Origin: a virus
Lineage: Duplodnaviria > Caudoviricetes
Length of the DNA stretch: 27,534 nucleotides
IMG/VR virus record: IMGVR_UViG_3300042213_000019
Coordinates: 1 to 27,534 of that record
Reading direction: 5' to 3' (one strand)
The notes under the pieces were generated by a model. The model was not told the origin of the DNA and made no database searches. It saw nothing but the letters and a program-made list of their open reading frames with translations. Of the stretch, positions 7,478 to 15,434 are shown one piece after another; within the stretch, counting starts at the first letter, position 1; each line of letters starts with the position of its first letter. The translations under genes were made by a program, and so were the position numbers.

Positions 7478-8232
7478 CCACCCCCAACCTCGGGCTTACT
7501 CTGCCCACCCCAGGTGCCTCGAACGACACCTGGGGGACGACGCTGAACGCGGATCTGACGGCGATCGACACGGCGTTTGACGAGGCCGCGGGGCACAACC
7601 ATTCGGGCGCCGTCGGGTCGGGCGGTCCGCTGCCCCCGAGTGCCCTCGATGGGCTGCCCTCCCCAGGGTTGGTGGTCGCGGCGGGTGCGTCCTTCAACGC
7701 CCGTGCGATCGTCGCCGGGAGCGGAGTGGGGGTCGTCAACGGAGACGGGCAGGGCGGCGATCCAACTTTGGTGCTGGACATCCCCGGGATGTCGCCAATG
7801 GGCCCGGTGGTGGCCGACGATGACCTCTTCCCGGTGTCGGATACGTCCGCCGGCCCTGCGCCTCGTTCTGCGAGACGGGATGAAGTTCTGGCGCGCGCCA
7901 AGATCACGGCACCCCGGATGGCGGTCGATGTGAAGGGCGCGGTTTCCGGTGCGGTAGCGATGGACACCGGGCTGTTCTCCTACTTCGCCATGACGCTGAA
8001 CGGGGTGACCACGTTTTCGTTTACCAACCCCCCGGCTTCGGCGTTGGGCCTCGGGGTGGTCGTGGAGATCACCAACGGGGGATCCTTCGGGGTGACCTGG
8101 CCGGCGAGTGTGAAGTGGCCGGCGGGAGTCGCCCCGACGCTGTCTCCCGCGGGAGTGGACGTTCTTGTCTTCCTGACGCGGGATGGCGGGGTGACCTGGC
8201 GGGGTGTGCTCTCGATGCAGGACAGTCTCTGA
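7474..8232 (+). CDS. Tail fibre/adaptor protein 2
   Basis: MTTPNLGLTLP..DTWGTTLN..IDTA..GHNHSG fibre N-terminus and C-terminal VTWPASVKWPAGVAPTL..DVLVFLTRDGGVTW domain. Confidence 0.78.
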   Translation: MTTPNLGLTLPTPGASNDTWGTTLNADLTAIDTAFDEAAGHNHSGAVGSGGPLPPSALDGLPSPGLVVAAGASFNARAIVAGSGVGVVNGDGQGGDPTLVLDIPGMSPMGPVVADDDLFPVSDTSAGPAPRSARRDEVLARAKITAPRMAVDVKGAVSGAVAMDTGLFSYFAMTLNGVTTFSFTNPPASALGLGVVVEITNGGSFGVTWPASVKWPAGVAPTLSPAGVDVLVFLTRDGGVTWRGVLSMQDSL

Positions 8233-9389
8233 TGCTTTTTATGGCGCTGCTGGCGCGCAGGGTGGGGTCGCTGGTCCCACCCCCGACCGCCCTGCAGGGG
8301 ACTCCGGTTTCCGGGGGCGTGTCGCTTTCGTGGACGAACGCGAACGGATATCTGGCGACGGAGGTTTGGCGTGACGACGTGCTCTTGGTCGAGAAGGCCG
8401 GCGGCGTGGCGTCTCACGTAGACACGACTGCGGCGCCCGGGGCGGAGCACAGTTACAAGATCCGGCACAAGGCCAGCGTGTCATCCTTCTCGGCGTTTAC
8501 CGCGTCGATCCTGCGCTCCCAGACCCCGCCGGCACCGGTTCTGTCGGCTCCGGTGGTGACGGATGACACGGTCAGCTTGGCGTGGACGGCCGTCGCTACC
8601 GCCACGCGATACGACGTGTACCGGTCGTCGGTGTCGGGGTCGGGACACACGTTCATCGGCTCGTCCACGGGGTTGACGTTCGACCACCTTACCGTTCAGA
8701 ACGGGGTGTGGTTCTACATAGTACGCGCCTTCAACGGGGTCTTCTCGTCGGTGAACTCCAACGAGCGGCAGGTGAATGTCCTATTCGCCCCTCCTCTCAC
8801 GGATCCAAGCGCGCTCGACGCGGTGGCGACCTTCAGTGACCAGGTGACCCTGTCGTGGACGAACGGCGACGCGACGGCGTTCACCGAGGTATACCGGGGG
8901 CTGTCCCCCAACCCACCCACGCTGCTGACCACGCGGGCGGCGGGGCTGTCTTCGTTCGTTGATAACACGGTAGTAGAGGGGACGACCTACTACTACCGCA
9001 TCCGCCACGTCAAGGGCGCCGCGGTATCTGATTTCGTGCAGGATTCGGTGAGTCTCCCGGTGGCGAGTTTGGGGGCGATGGACCTCAGTGCGGACGTGGC
9101 AACCAACGAAGTACGCTTGACTTACGTTGTGAACAATCCCCCGTTCAACCACACTGTGGCTATCTCGGGGTACTCGGACACGCAGGGGTTCCAGTCTTCC
9201 GGGCCCGTAAATCCGCTTTCCGAGAGTCCGGCGCTGATCGTCACATACGGAGACATTGTCGACAAGTTTGGGGGCGGAGTGGAGCTTACCGGTACGATAG
9301 GGTCGGTAACCCTCCGCAATAGCAGCGGCGCTGTATTGGATTCCCGGTCGGGAGTAGCGGTCAACTTTTGGGCGATATCGGAGACGTGA
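8232..9389 (+). CDS. Fibronectin type III repeat protein (putative tail/receptor-binding)
   Basis: Three FN3-like units (VSLSW..EVWR..YKIR; VSLAW..YDVYRS..YIVRA; VTLSW..EVYRG..YYYRIR). Start set at the TGATG overlap at 8232. Confidence 0.8.
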   Translation: MLFMALLARRVGSLVPPPTALQGTPVSGGVSLSWTNANGYLATEVWRDDVLLVEKAGGVASHVDTTAAPGAEHSYKIRHKASVSSFSAFTASILRSQTPPAPVLSAPVVTDDTVSLAWTAVATATRYDVYRSSVSGSGHTFIGSSTGLTFDHLTVQNGVWFYIVRAFNGVFSSVNSNERQVNVLFAPPLTDPSALDAVATFSDQVTLSWTNGDATAFTEVYRGLSPNPPTLLTTRAAGLSSFVDNTVVEGTTYYYRIRHVKGAAVSDFVQDSVSLPVASLGAMDLSADVATNEVRLTYVVNNPPFNHTVAISGYSDTQGFQSSGPVNPLSESPALIVTYGDIVDKFGGGVELTGTIGSVTLRNSSGAVLDSRSGVAVNFWAISET

Positions 9390-9616
9390 TGGACCCGACC
9401 CTCCCGGCAATCATCGGAGTCGCTGTGACCACGTCTCTCACCGCCGCGGGAGTCGCCGCCAAGGCGGTGTCCTGGGCGGTCAAGCGCGAACTGAATGGCT
9501 CCGCGAAGCGTATCAAGGACATCGACGAGCGCACCGCGAGACTGGAGACTTACCAGCATCGGCTGGGTACTCGTTTGGCCCGTTTGGAGGTGGTCGTGGA
9601 GGAGCGAACTAAGTGA
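9389..9616 (+). CDS. Membrane-anchored coiled-coil protein (holin/antiholin-like)
   Basis: 75 aa with an N-terminal hydrophobic helix and RLARLE coiled coil. TGATG overlap; first gene of the lysis block. Confidence 0.6.
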   Translation: MDPTLPAIIGVAVTTSLTAAGVAAKAVSWAVKRELNGSAKRIKDIDERTARLETYQHRLGTRLARLEVVVEERTK

Positions 9617-9942
9617 CGAAAGACATTCTCCGCCGCCTGCTGTTCACCCGGGACGACGATCTCGATCTGCTGCAGGTCTTCTTCCTGGGGGCCATCGTCT
9701 TCTTTTTCGTGGCGTTCGCTCTCGCCGGGTCGGGGCGGTGGAGAGTCACGGTCGCGGCCTGGGCGGCGTTCGGGTCGGTATTCGCCACTCTGGCGATCGC
9801 GGGCACTCCGAAGTGGGTGGCTGAACTGGTCGCCCGGAGCAAGCTGCCGGGAGAGGTGGCCGCCGGTATCGCACAGTCGGACGCCCGGGAGTTCGGGGCG
9901 CCCACCCACGAGTTCGACGTGGACAAGGTCCTGGGTGACTGA
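9613..9942 (+). CDS. Putative holin (two TM helices)
   Basis: LLQVFFLGAIVFFFVAFALAG and VAAWAAFGSVFATLAIAG hydrophobic segments, directly upstream of the endolysin. GGAGGAG RBS. Confidence 0.62.
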   Translation: MTKDILRRLLFTRDDDLDLLQVFFLGAIVFFFVAFALAGSGRWRVTVAAWAAFGSVFATLAIAGTPKWVAELVARSKLPGEVAAGIAQSDAREFGAPTHEFDVDKVLGD

Positions 9943-10396
9943 ACCATTCCTGCGGGCCCTGCAGTGGCTGTGGCCGGTCGAGGGCGGGTGGCAGCCGGGC
10001 GACAAGAAGTCTGACCCCAATCCGACCATGTACGGGGTCACGGAACGCACCTTTCAGGCGGCCCGGAAGAAGTACGGGTGGGACCCCAAGCCGGTCAAGG
10101 AGATCACCCGCGAAGAGGCGACCGTGATCTATTGGCTAGAGTTCTGGCTGGCGTCCGGCGCGCATCTTCTCGCGTGGCCGCTGGCCCTCGTGCATTTCGA
10201 CGCGGCGGTAAACCACGGAGTGGGCAACGCGCGGAAGCTGCGGACCCGTGCGAATGGAACCCCGATTGGCTATATTGAGGTTCGTCGAGCGTTCTACGCG
10301 GCGATCATAGCAAACAACCCGGACATGGCCCCCAACAAGAACGGGTGGGAGAACAGGATGAAGAGACTGGAAGCGGAAGTCAGGCGGTCCGCATGA
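9935..10396 (+). CDS. Endolysin, glycoside hydrolase family 108
   Basis: EGG catalytic motif, TMYGVT, A..IY...FW, FDAAVNHG and GWENR motifs. Confidence 0.9.
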   Translation: MTEPFLRALQWLWPVEGGWQPGDKKSDPNPTMYGVTERTFQAARKKYGWDPKPVKEITREEATVIYWLEFWLASGAHLLAWPLALVHFDAAVNHGVGNARKLRTRANGTPIGYIEVRRAFYAAIIANNPDMAPNKNGWENRMKRLEAEVRRSA

Positions 10397-11013
10397 TTCT
10401 CGGGAAAGTGATGATCGCACTGGCGCTGGCTATCTTGGCTGGCGGGCTGATCGGCTATCGCCTCGGGGGCAACCAGATGACCGAGCGGGCGCAAGAGGCG
10501 AACCGGCGGGCCCTCGCGGCCGCGGGGGAGGCCCAAGCGGCGCGCGCGGCGGCCGACTTGGCGCTGGAAGAACACCGGGCGGCGGTTGTCTGGGCGGATT
10601 CTCTGGAGCAGGCGCGCGAGCGGGCGGAGGCCCGGCTGGCTGCCGTGCGGGTTAGGCGCGTTCCCCTGCCGGAGGTCGTCCCGGACACCTGCCGGGTATT
10701 CGCAGTGGAGGTTGACCGCCTGCAGGAAGAGGTGAGGACCTTGGAGGCCATTGGCCGGGTGGACAGTGTCCGGATCGAAACGCTGACGCAGGACAACACC
10801 CGGCTCGCCCGTGCGCTATCGGCCTCCCAGTCGGCGCTGCTCGGGATCGAGAAAGAGTTGAAAGAGCAGTCGAAGCGAACGGAGACAGCCCCCCGCAAGA
10901 TCCTGGGGATCATCCCCGTGCCGGACATCACCTTCGGTTATGGTTTGACTTCGGATGGAAGTCGAACTATGCGGGGTGCCCAGGTAGGCGTTGGCTACCG
11001 GATCAAGTTGTGA
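10393..11013 (+). CDS. Spanin-like protein (N-terminal TM, coiled coil, C-terminal beta-hairpin)
   Basis: ATGA overlap with the endolysin stop. VMIALALAILAGGLIGY anchor, long helical region, ends ITFGYGL..GAQVGVGYRIKL. Confidence 0.6.
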   Translation: MILGKVMIALALAILAGGLIGYRLGGNQMTERAQEANRRALAAAGEAQAARAAADLALEEHRAAVVWADSLEQARERAEARLAAVRVRRVPLPEVVPDTCRVFAVEVDRLQEEVRTLEAIGRVDSVRIETLTQDNTRLARALSASQSALLGIEKELKEQSKRTETAPRKILGIIPVPDITFGYGLTSDGSRTMRGAQVGVGYRIKL

Positions 11014-11858
11014 AGGGGGCCGTGCTGCTCGTCGCGGTGAGCGACCTCCACGCGGGCTCCACGATCGGGCTGTGCCCGCCGGAGGGGGTCGAACTGGACG
11101 ACGGGGGCGCGTATGTGCCGTCCGACGCTCAGGGGTGGCTCTGGGAGCGCTGGGAGGCGTTGTGGGAGCGGGTCCAGTTCCTCCGGAAGCATTACGGGGT
11201 AACGAAGTGGCACCTTCTCCTGAATGGGGATCTGGCGGACGGGGACCACCACAATACCGCTCAGATCATCTCCCGGCACCCGAATGTCCAAGTTGACATA
11301 ATCAAGACGAGTCTGGAGATCCCCCTGCAGATGGGGCCGTCGTCGGTGGTGGTGGTGCGAGGGACGGAGGTTCATGTCGGCCCTAGTGGCTCGGTCGAGA
11401 ACAGCGTCGCCAACTGGATTGCGTCGCGGGGGTTTCGGGTCATCCCGGATCCGGCGACCGGCAAGAACAGTCATTGGCACTTCCGGGGGGAGTACGCCGG
11501 CGTGCGGGTAGACGCCGCGCATCACGGAAAGATCGGCGGCCTCCCCTGGACAAAGGCGAACGCGGTGGTGCGGCAGGCGGCCGAGATTACGATGGAGCAC
11601 GCCGTATCCCGGGACCTGCCCCCGCACCTGGCGTTCCGGTCGCACTTCCACCAGTGGGCGGACTCAGGGCTCAACTTCCCCACCCGGGTCTTTCAGCTGC
11701 CGGCGTTCCAGCTGGCAACCGCGTTCGTACACCGCATCGCCCCCGGCAAATTGGCTGACATCGGCGGGGCGGCATTTCTGCTGGTAGACGGTGAAGTGCG
11801 AGCCGTGGAACCTATCCTTTTCAAGCCCAAGCGGGCGGAGTTGATTCGTGTCGCGTGA
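11010..11858 (+). CDS. Calcineurin-like metallophosphoesterase
   Basis: SDLH, GDLADG, GTEVH (in place of GNH), HHG and SHFH motifs in the canonical order. Confidence 0.82.
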   Translation: MKGAVLLVAVSDLHAGSTIGLCPPEGVELDDGGAYVPSDAQGWLWERWEALWERVQFLRKHYGVTKWHLLLNGDLADGDHHNTAQIISRHPNVQVDIIKTSLEIPLQMGPSSVVVVRGTEVHVGPSGSVENSVANWIASRGFRVIPDPATGKNSHWHFRGEYAGVRVDAAHHGKIGGLPWTKANAVVRQAAEITMEHAVSRDLPPHLAFRSHFHQWADSGLNFPTRVFQLPAFQLATAFVHRIAPGKLADIGGAAFLLVDGEVRAVEPILFKPKRAELIRVA

Positions 11859-12105
11859 CCTGACGGAAGACCTGTTGCTCGAAGCCATCCGGAAATCCTT
11901 TGACGCCCCTCCCGGGGAAGAGGGCCACGGGATTACCGTTCACGAACTGGCCCGGGCCACAGGGCTGCCCGACCAGAGTATCCGGGTAAAAATCCGGGAG
12001 CTGATCGAGCAGGGGCAGATCAAGTCGTCCCGCCGGATAATCCTGGACATCGCCGGGCGCCGAGCGCAGATTCCGGCGTACGTGTACGTCTCGAAAAAGG
12101 ACTGA
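11848..12105 (+). CDS. Winged helix-turn-helix protein
   Basis: ITVHELARATGLPDQSIRVKIRELIEQGQI followed by a beta-wing. Overlaps the phosphoesterase stop. Confidence 0.72.
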   Translation: MSRDLTEDLLLEAIRKSFDAPPGEEGHGITVHELARATGLPDQSIRVKIRELIEQGQIKSSRRIILDIAGRRAQIPAYVYVSKKD

Positions 12106-12108
12106 CCG

Positions 12109-13584
12109 ATGCTTGTCCCGCTGAAGATCCCGCCTGGCGTTTACCGCTCGGGCACGGATTACCAATCGAAGGGCCGGTGGCGCGACGCGAACCTGATTCG
12201 CTTCGTGGACGGTCGTATCGAGCCGGTCGGCGGGTGGGTGGGCGCTGGCCCCGTGCTGGACGGGCCCGGGCGGGGCATCGTCGCGTGGCGTGCCAACGTG
12301 AGCGGCCGCCGGCTGGCGGTCGGAACAGTAAACAAGCTGTGGGTTTACAACGGAGACACCGTGGCTGACATCACCCCCGCGGGTTTCCCGGCGGGCAACG
12401 TCAACTCTGCGATCACGTCTGGGTACGGCTCGGGGCCATACGGCGCCGGCCCCTACGGGGTATCTTCGGCGGGGGGCCGTTCCGAGGCGACGACGTGGAG
12501 TCTCGACAGCTTTGGCGAGTGGCTGGTGGCTACGGCGTCGCACGACGATACCGTCTACCTCTGGTCCCTGAACCCTTCGGTCCCCGCCGCGCCGCTCACT
12601 GGCGCGCCGCAGGCGCGTTCCGTGCTGGTGACGCCGGAGCGCTTCCTGGTTGCGATCGGCTCCAGGGGCAATCCGAGAGAAGTAGCGTGGTCGGGCCAGG
12701 AGAACATCACGGACTGGAACTTTGCCAGTCCTACCAACGCCGCGGGGTTCATTGAGCTGGAGACCGATGGGGCGTTGATCGCCGGGTTCCAGACCCGGGG
12801 GCAGTCGCTGATCTTGTCGACCACCGACGCCTTCACCATGCGGTTCGTGGGCTTCCCGTTCATCCATAGTTTCCAGCGGGTCGGAGACTCAAGTGGGATC
12901 GTCGGCACGAACGCGGGCACGGAGTTCAACGGCGGCGCGGTGTGGATGGGACGGGAGGCGTTCTTCGGTTTCAGCGGGACCTCGGTGCAGGCCCTGCAGA
13001 GCGAAGTCAGTGACCACGTCTTCAGCGACATCAACCGTGACGAGCTGGCGCTGGTCTCCTGCCACCAGAAAGCGGCTTTCGGCGAGATCACCTGGCACTA
13101 CCCGAGCGCGGGCTCAATGGTGAACGACCGGTACGTGACCTGGAACTACCGGGAGAATCACTGGACGATCGGGACGCTGGGGCGCTCTGCGATGGTGGAC
13201 GCCGGTGTCTGGGACTACCCGATGGGGGTAGATAACGCCGGCAAGCTCCTGGAGCACGAAAAGGGCTGGCTGGACGACGGCGCCCCCCGGGGTGCGGATG
13301 TCTTCCTGGAGAGCGGCCCGGTGGAGCTTGGCGACGGGGACCAGGTGGTCTCCGTCGTGCAGGTTCTTCCTGACGAGGTGACCCCCGGAGCGTTCGCTCT
13401 GCGGATGGGGACGAAGTTCGCCCCCGAGGGCCCGGAGTTCAACCACGGCCCGTATACCCTCACGCCGTATACTTCTGTGCGAGTCACTGGGCGCCAGGTG
13501 GCCCTCCGGATCGAAGGGGTGCGCGACGAGGACAGCCGCATTGGTATCTTCCGTGCTGACATTCGCCCGGGGGGCCGGCGATGA
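12109..13584 (+). CDS. Tail nozzle / DNA stabilisation protein (P22 gp10-like beta-propeller)
   Basis: 491 aa beta-rich with GYGSGPYGAGPYG, WSLDSFGEWLV, VAWSGQE, VWMG, EITWHYPS and W..G.L.R motifs. Confidence 0.8.
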   Translation: MLVPLKIPPGVYRSGTDYQSKGRWRDANLIRFVDGRIEPVGGWVGAGPVLDGPGRGIVAWRANVSGRRLAVGTVNKLWVYNGDTVADITPAGFPAGNVNSAITSGYGSGPYGAGPYGVSSAGGRSEATTWSLDSFGEWLVATASHDDTVYLWSLNPSVPAAPLTGAPQARSVLVTPERFLVAIGSRGNPREVAWSGQENITDWNFASPTNAAGFIELETDGALIAGFQTRGQSLILSTTDAFTMRFVGFPFIHSFQRVGDSSGIVGTNAGTEFNGGAVWMGREAFFGFSGTSVQALQSEVSDHVFSDINRDELALVSCHQKAAFGEITWHYPSAGSMVNDRYVTWNYRENHWTIGTLGRSAMVDAGVWDYPMGVDNAGKLLEHEKGWLDDGAPRGADVFLESGPVELGDGDQVVSVVQVLPDEVTPGAFALRMGTKFAPEGPEFNHGPYTLTPYTSVRVTGRQVALRIEGVRDEDSRIGIFRADIRPGGRR

Positions 13585-13796
13585 TCCTCCCGGACCGTTC
13601 GGCGTTCCCCAGCTTCTCGGCGTGGCAGGAGGAGATGAAGCGAGTCTTGGAGGCCGAGGACGACCTGAACTTGAAGAAGAATCGGCCGATCCTCGTGCAG
13701 GCCGGGGGGCCGATCATTCTGGTGGACTCGAACGGAGTCCAGTGGCAGCTTCTCGTCGCGACTGATGGTACGCTCTCCACGGCGTCGCTGCCATGA
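13581..13796 (+). CDS. Small tail protein (needle/plug position)
   Basis: 71 aa: a helix then IILVDSNGVQWQLLVATDGTLST. ATGA-coupled on both sides. Confidence 0.65.
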   Translation: MILPDRSAFPSFSAWQEEMKRVLEAEDDLNLKKNRPILVQAGGPIILVDSNGVQWQLLVATDGTLSTASLP

Positions 13797-14194
13797 TCGC
13801 CCCCGCGTCCGACTTGGCGAAACATAGCGCGGGTGTGGAAGATGCACTTGGGTATTCTCGTGACGGCGCGACGTACAATCTGGTGGAGAGTTTGGTGTCC
13901 CAGGGGATGGCCCTGTTGTGGACCAACGACTCCGCCAGTGGCGCTATAACGAAGGTCATGCGGATCGAGAACTCGGGGGAGGTCGAGGCGATGGTGTGGC
14001 TCGCCTGGGGCTCGATCGAGGATCTCCTGCCGATCATGCGGGAGATCGAAGAGTTCTATCGGGAACTCCCCGTTGAGCGTCTGACCGTCCTGGGGAGACC
14101 CGGGTGGATGCGGTCCCCGCTGGTCAAGGAGTTGGGGTACCGCACTCAGCACGTCCTGTACGAGAAGGAGATAGGAACTCATGGCGGGCGGTAG
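13793..14194 (+). CDS. GNAT-like virion assembly protein (P22 gp14 position)
   Basis: 133 aa with VWLAWGSI, LTVLGRPGW..LGY motif, located between the tail and ejection genes. Confidence 0.6.
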   Translation: MIAPASDLAKHSAGVEDALGYSRDGATYNLVESLVSQGMALLWTNDSASGAITKVMRIENSGEVEAMVWLAWGSIEDLLPIMREIEEFYRELPVERLTVLGRPGWMRSPLVKELGYRTQHVLYEKEIGTHGGR

Positions 14195-15434
14195 CAAGAC
14201 CACCAATACGACTACTCTGGACCCGATCACGATCGCGCGTCGGGAGGAAGAGCGCCAGGCGGCGGAGGCGATCGCCAACCGCCCGTTCCAGGCGTTCGAC
14301 CCGAACCAGCGAGTCGCCGGGGCCAACCCCCTGCTTACCGCCGGGCTCAACGCTCTCCCCGGCGTGGCGACTGCGGGGCAGCCTGCGGTCAACGCGGGGA
14401 TCGGACTGGCGACGCAGGCCGGGGCGTTCAGCCCCACGGTCATCGACCCCACTCTCGCCCCGGGTGCGGCCCAGGTGAGCCCCGAGGCGATCCAGGCGGC
14501 CCTAGCCCAGTCGGGCGGCGGGGGCCCGGTCACCGCTCGGGATGTCTCTGCAATCAGTGGCGCGGACAATCTCGCTCGCTTCCTGAATCCCTTTACCGAC
14601 CAGGTCGTCAACTCGGCGCTGTCGGATGTCGAGCGCCAGCGCGCGCTGGCTCTCGCCAACACGGGGGCCGCGGCTGCCAGTTCGGGAGCGTTCGGCTCGT
14701 CTCGTCAGGGGGTCGTGGAAGCACTTACCAACGCCGAGTCCGCTCGGCTTGCCGGGGACCTTTCGGGTCGCCTTCGGTCGGATGCGTTCAACACCGCCGC
14801 TGGTCTCAGCACCCAGGACGCCAATCGCCTCCTGCAGGCTCAGATCGCCAATCAGGGGGCGGACATCGCCACCGGCACGGCGAACCAGAACGCGGGGTTG
14901 TCCCGGTTCAACACGATCACCGGGTTGGATGCGTTCAACGCCGGCCAGTCGAATCAGGTCAACACCTTCAACGCCGGACAGGCGAATCAGGTGGCTGCCC
15001 AGAATCAGGCCGCGGGCCTGCAGGGCAACGCACAGCTGCTGGCCGCCGGGCAGACGCTGGGGTCGCTGGGGCAGACCCAGCAGAACCTGGCGCTTACCGG
15101 TGCGGATGCCCAGGTGCGGGGCGGACAGGTAACCCAGGGGATCGAGCAGGCACAGCGGGATGCGGCGTTCCAGGAGTTCCTGCGTCGTGAGCAGGACCCG
15201 TTCCTGAAGCTGCAGGCCCTGCAGTCGACCAGCTCTCCGCTGGGGGAGACCACCACGACCAAGAAGAGCGGGTCGCTGCTCGGGACGATCGCTGGGCTGG
15301 GCTCGGTCGCGCTGGGCATCCCCGGGGTTAGCGGAGCCATCGGAGGTCTGTTGGGCCTGCCTGGCGCGGCATCTGCCGCCGCCGTGCCGGCGCCGTCACC
15401 CGTACCGGTGGCGAGGCAGGGGCTGTTCGGATGA
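14181..15434 (+). CDS. Ejection (DNA transfer) protein 1
   Basis: MAGGSKTTNTTT start, FLNPFTDQVV, GAFGSSRQGV, A/G/Q/N-rich coiled coil and a C-terminal Gly-rich hydrophobic segment. AGGA RBS. Confidence 0.78.
   Translation: MAGGSKTTNTTTLDPITIARREEERQAAEAIANRPFQAFDPNQRVAGANPLLTAGLNALPGVATAGQPAVNAGIGLATQAGAFSPTVIDPTLAPGAAQVSPEAIQAALAQSGGGGPVTARDVSAISGADNLARFLNPFTDQVVNSALSDVERQRALALANTGAAAASSGAFGSSRQGVVEALTNAESARLAGDLSGRLRSDAFNTAAGLSTQDANRLLQAQIANQGADIATGTANQNAGLSRFNTITGLDAFNAGQSNQVNTFNAGQANQVAAQNQAAGLQGNAQLLAAGQTLGSLGQTQQNLALTGADAQVRGGQVTQGIEQAQRDAAFQEFLRREQDPFLKLQALQSTSSPLGETTTTKKSGSLLGTIAGLGSVALGIPGVSGAIGGLLGLPGAASAAAVPAPSPVPVARQGLFG
14934..14992 (+). repeat. 33-nt tandem repeat (11-aa period) in ejection protein 1
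   Basis: TTCAACGCCGGCCAGTCGAATCAGGT at 14934 and TTCAACGCCGGACAGGCGAATCAGGT at 14967, encoding FNAGQSNQV / FNAGQANQV. Confidence 0.85.

Noticed and set aside
8115-8231. Upstream start for the FN3 gene
   Set aside because: It would overlap the fibre gene by 118 nt. The TGATG junction at 8232 fits the operon pattern.
10700-10740. Lipobox-like LTAC in an alternative frame of the spanin-like gene
   Set aside because: A stop follows three codons later and there is no hydrophobic signal peptide, so it is not an o-spanin.
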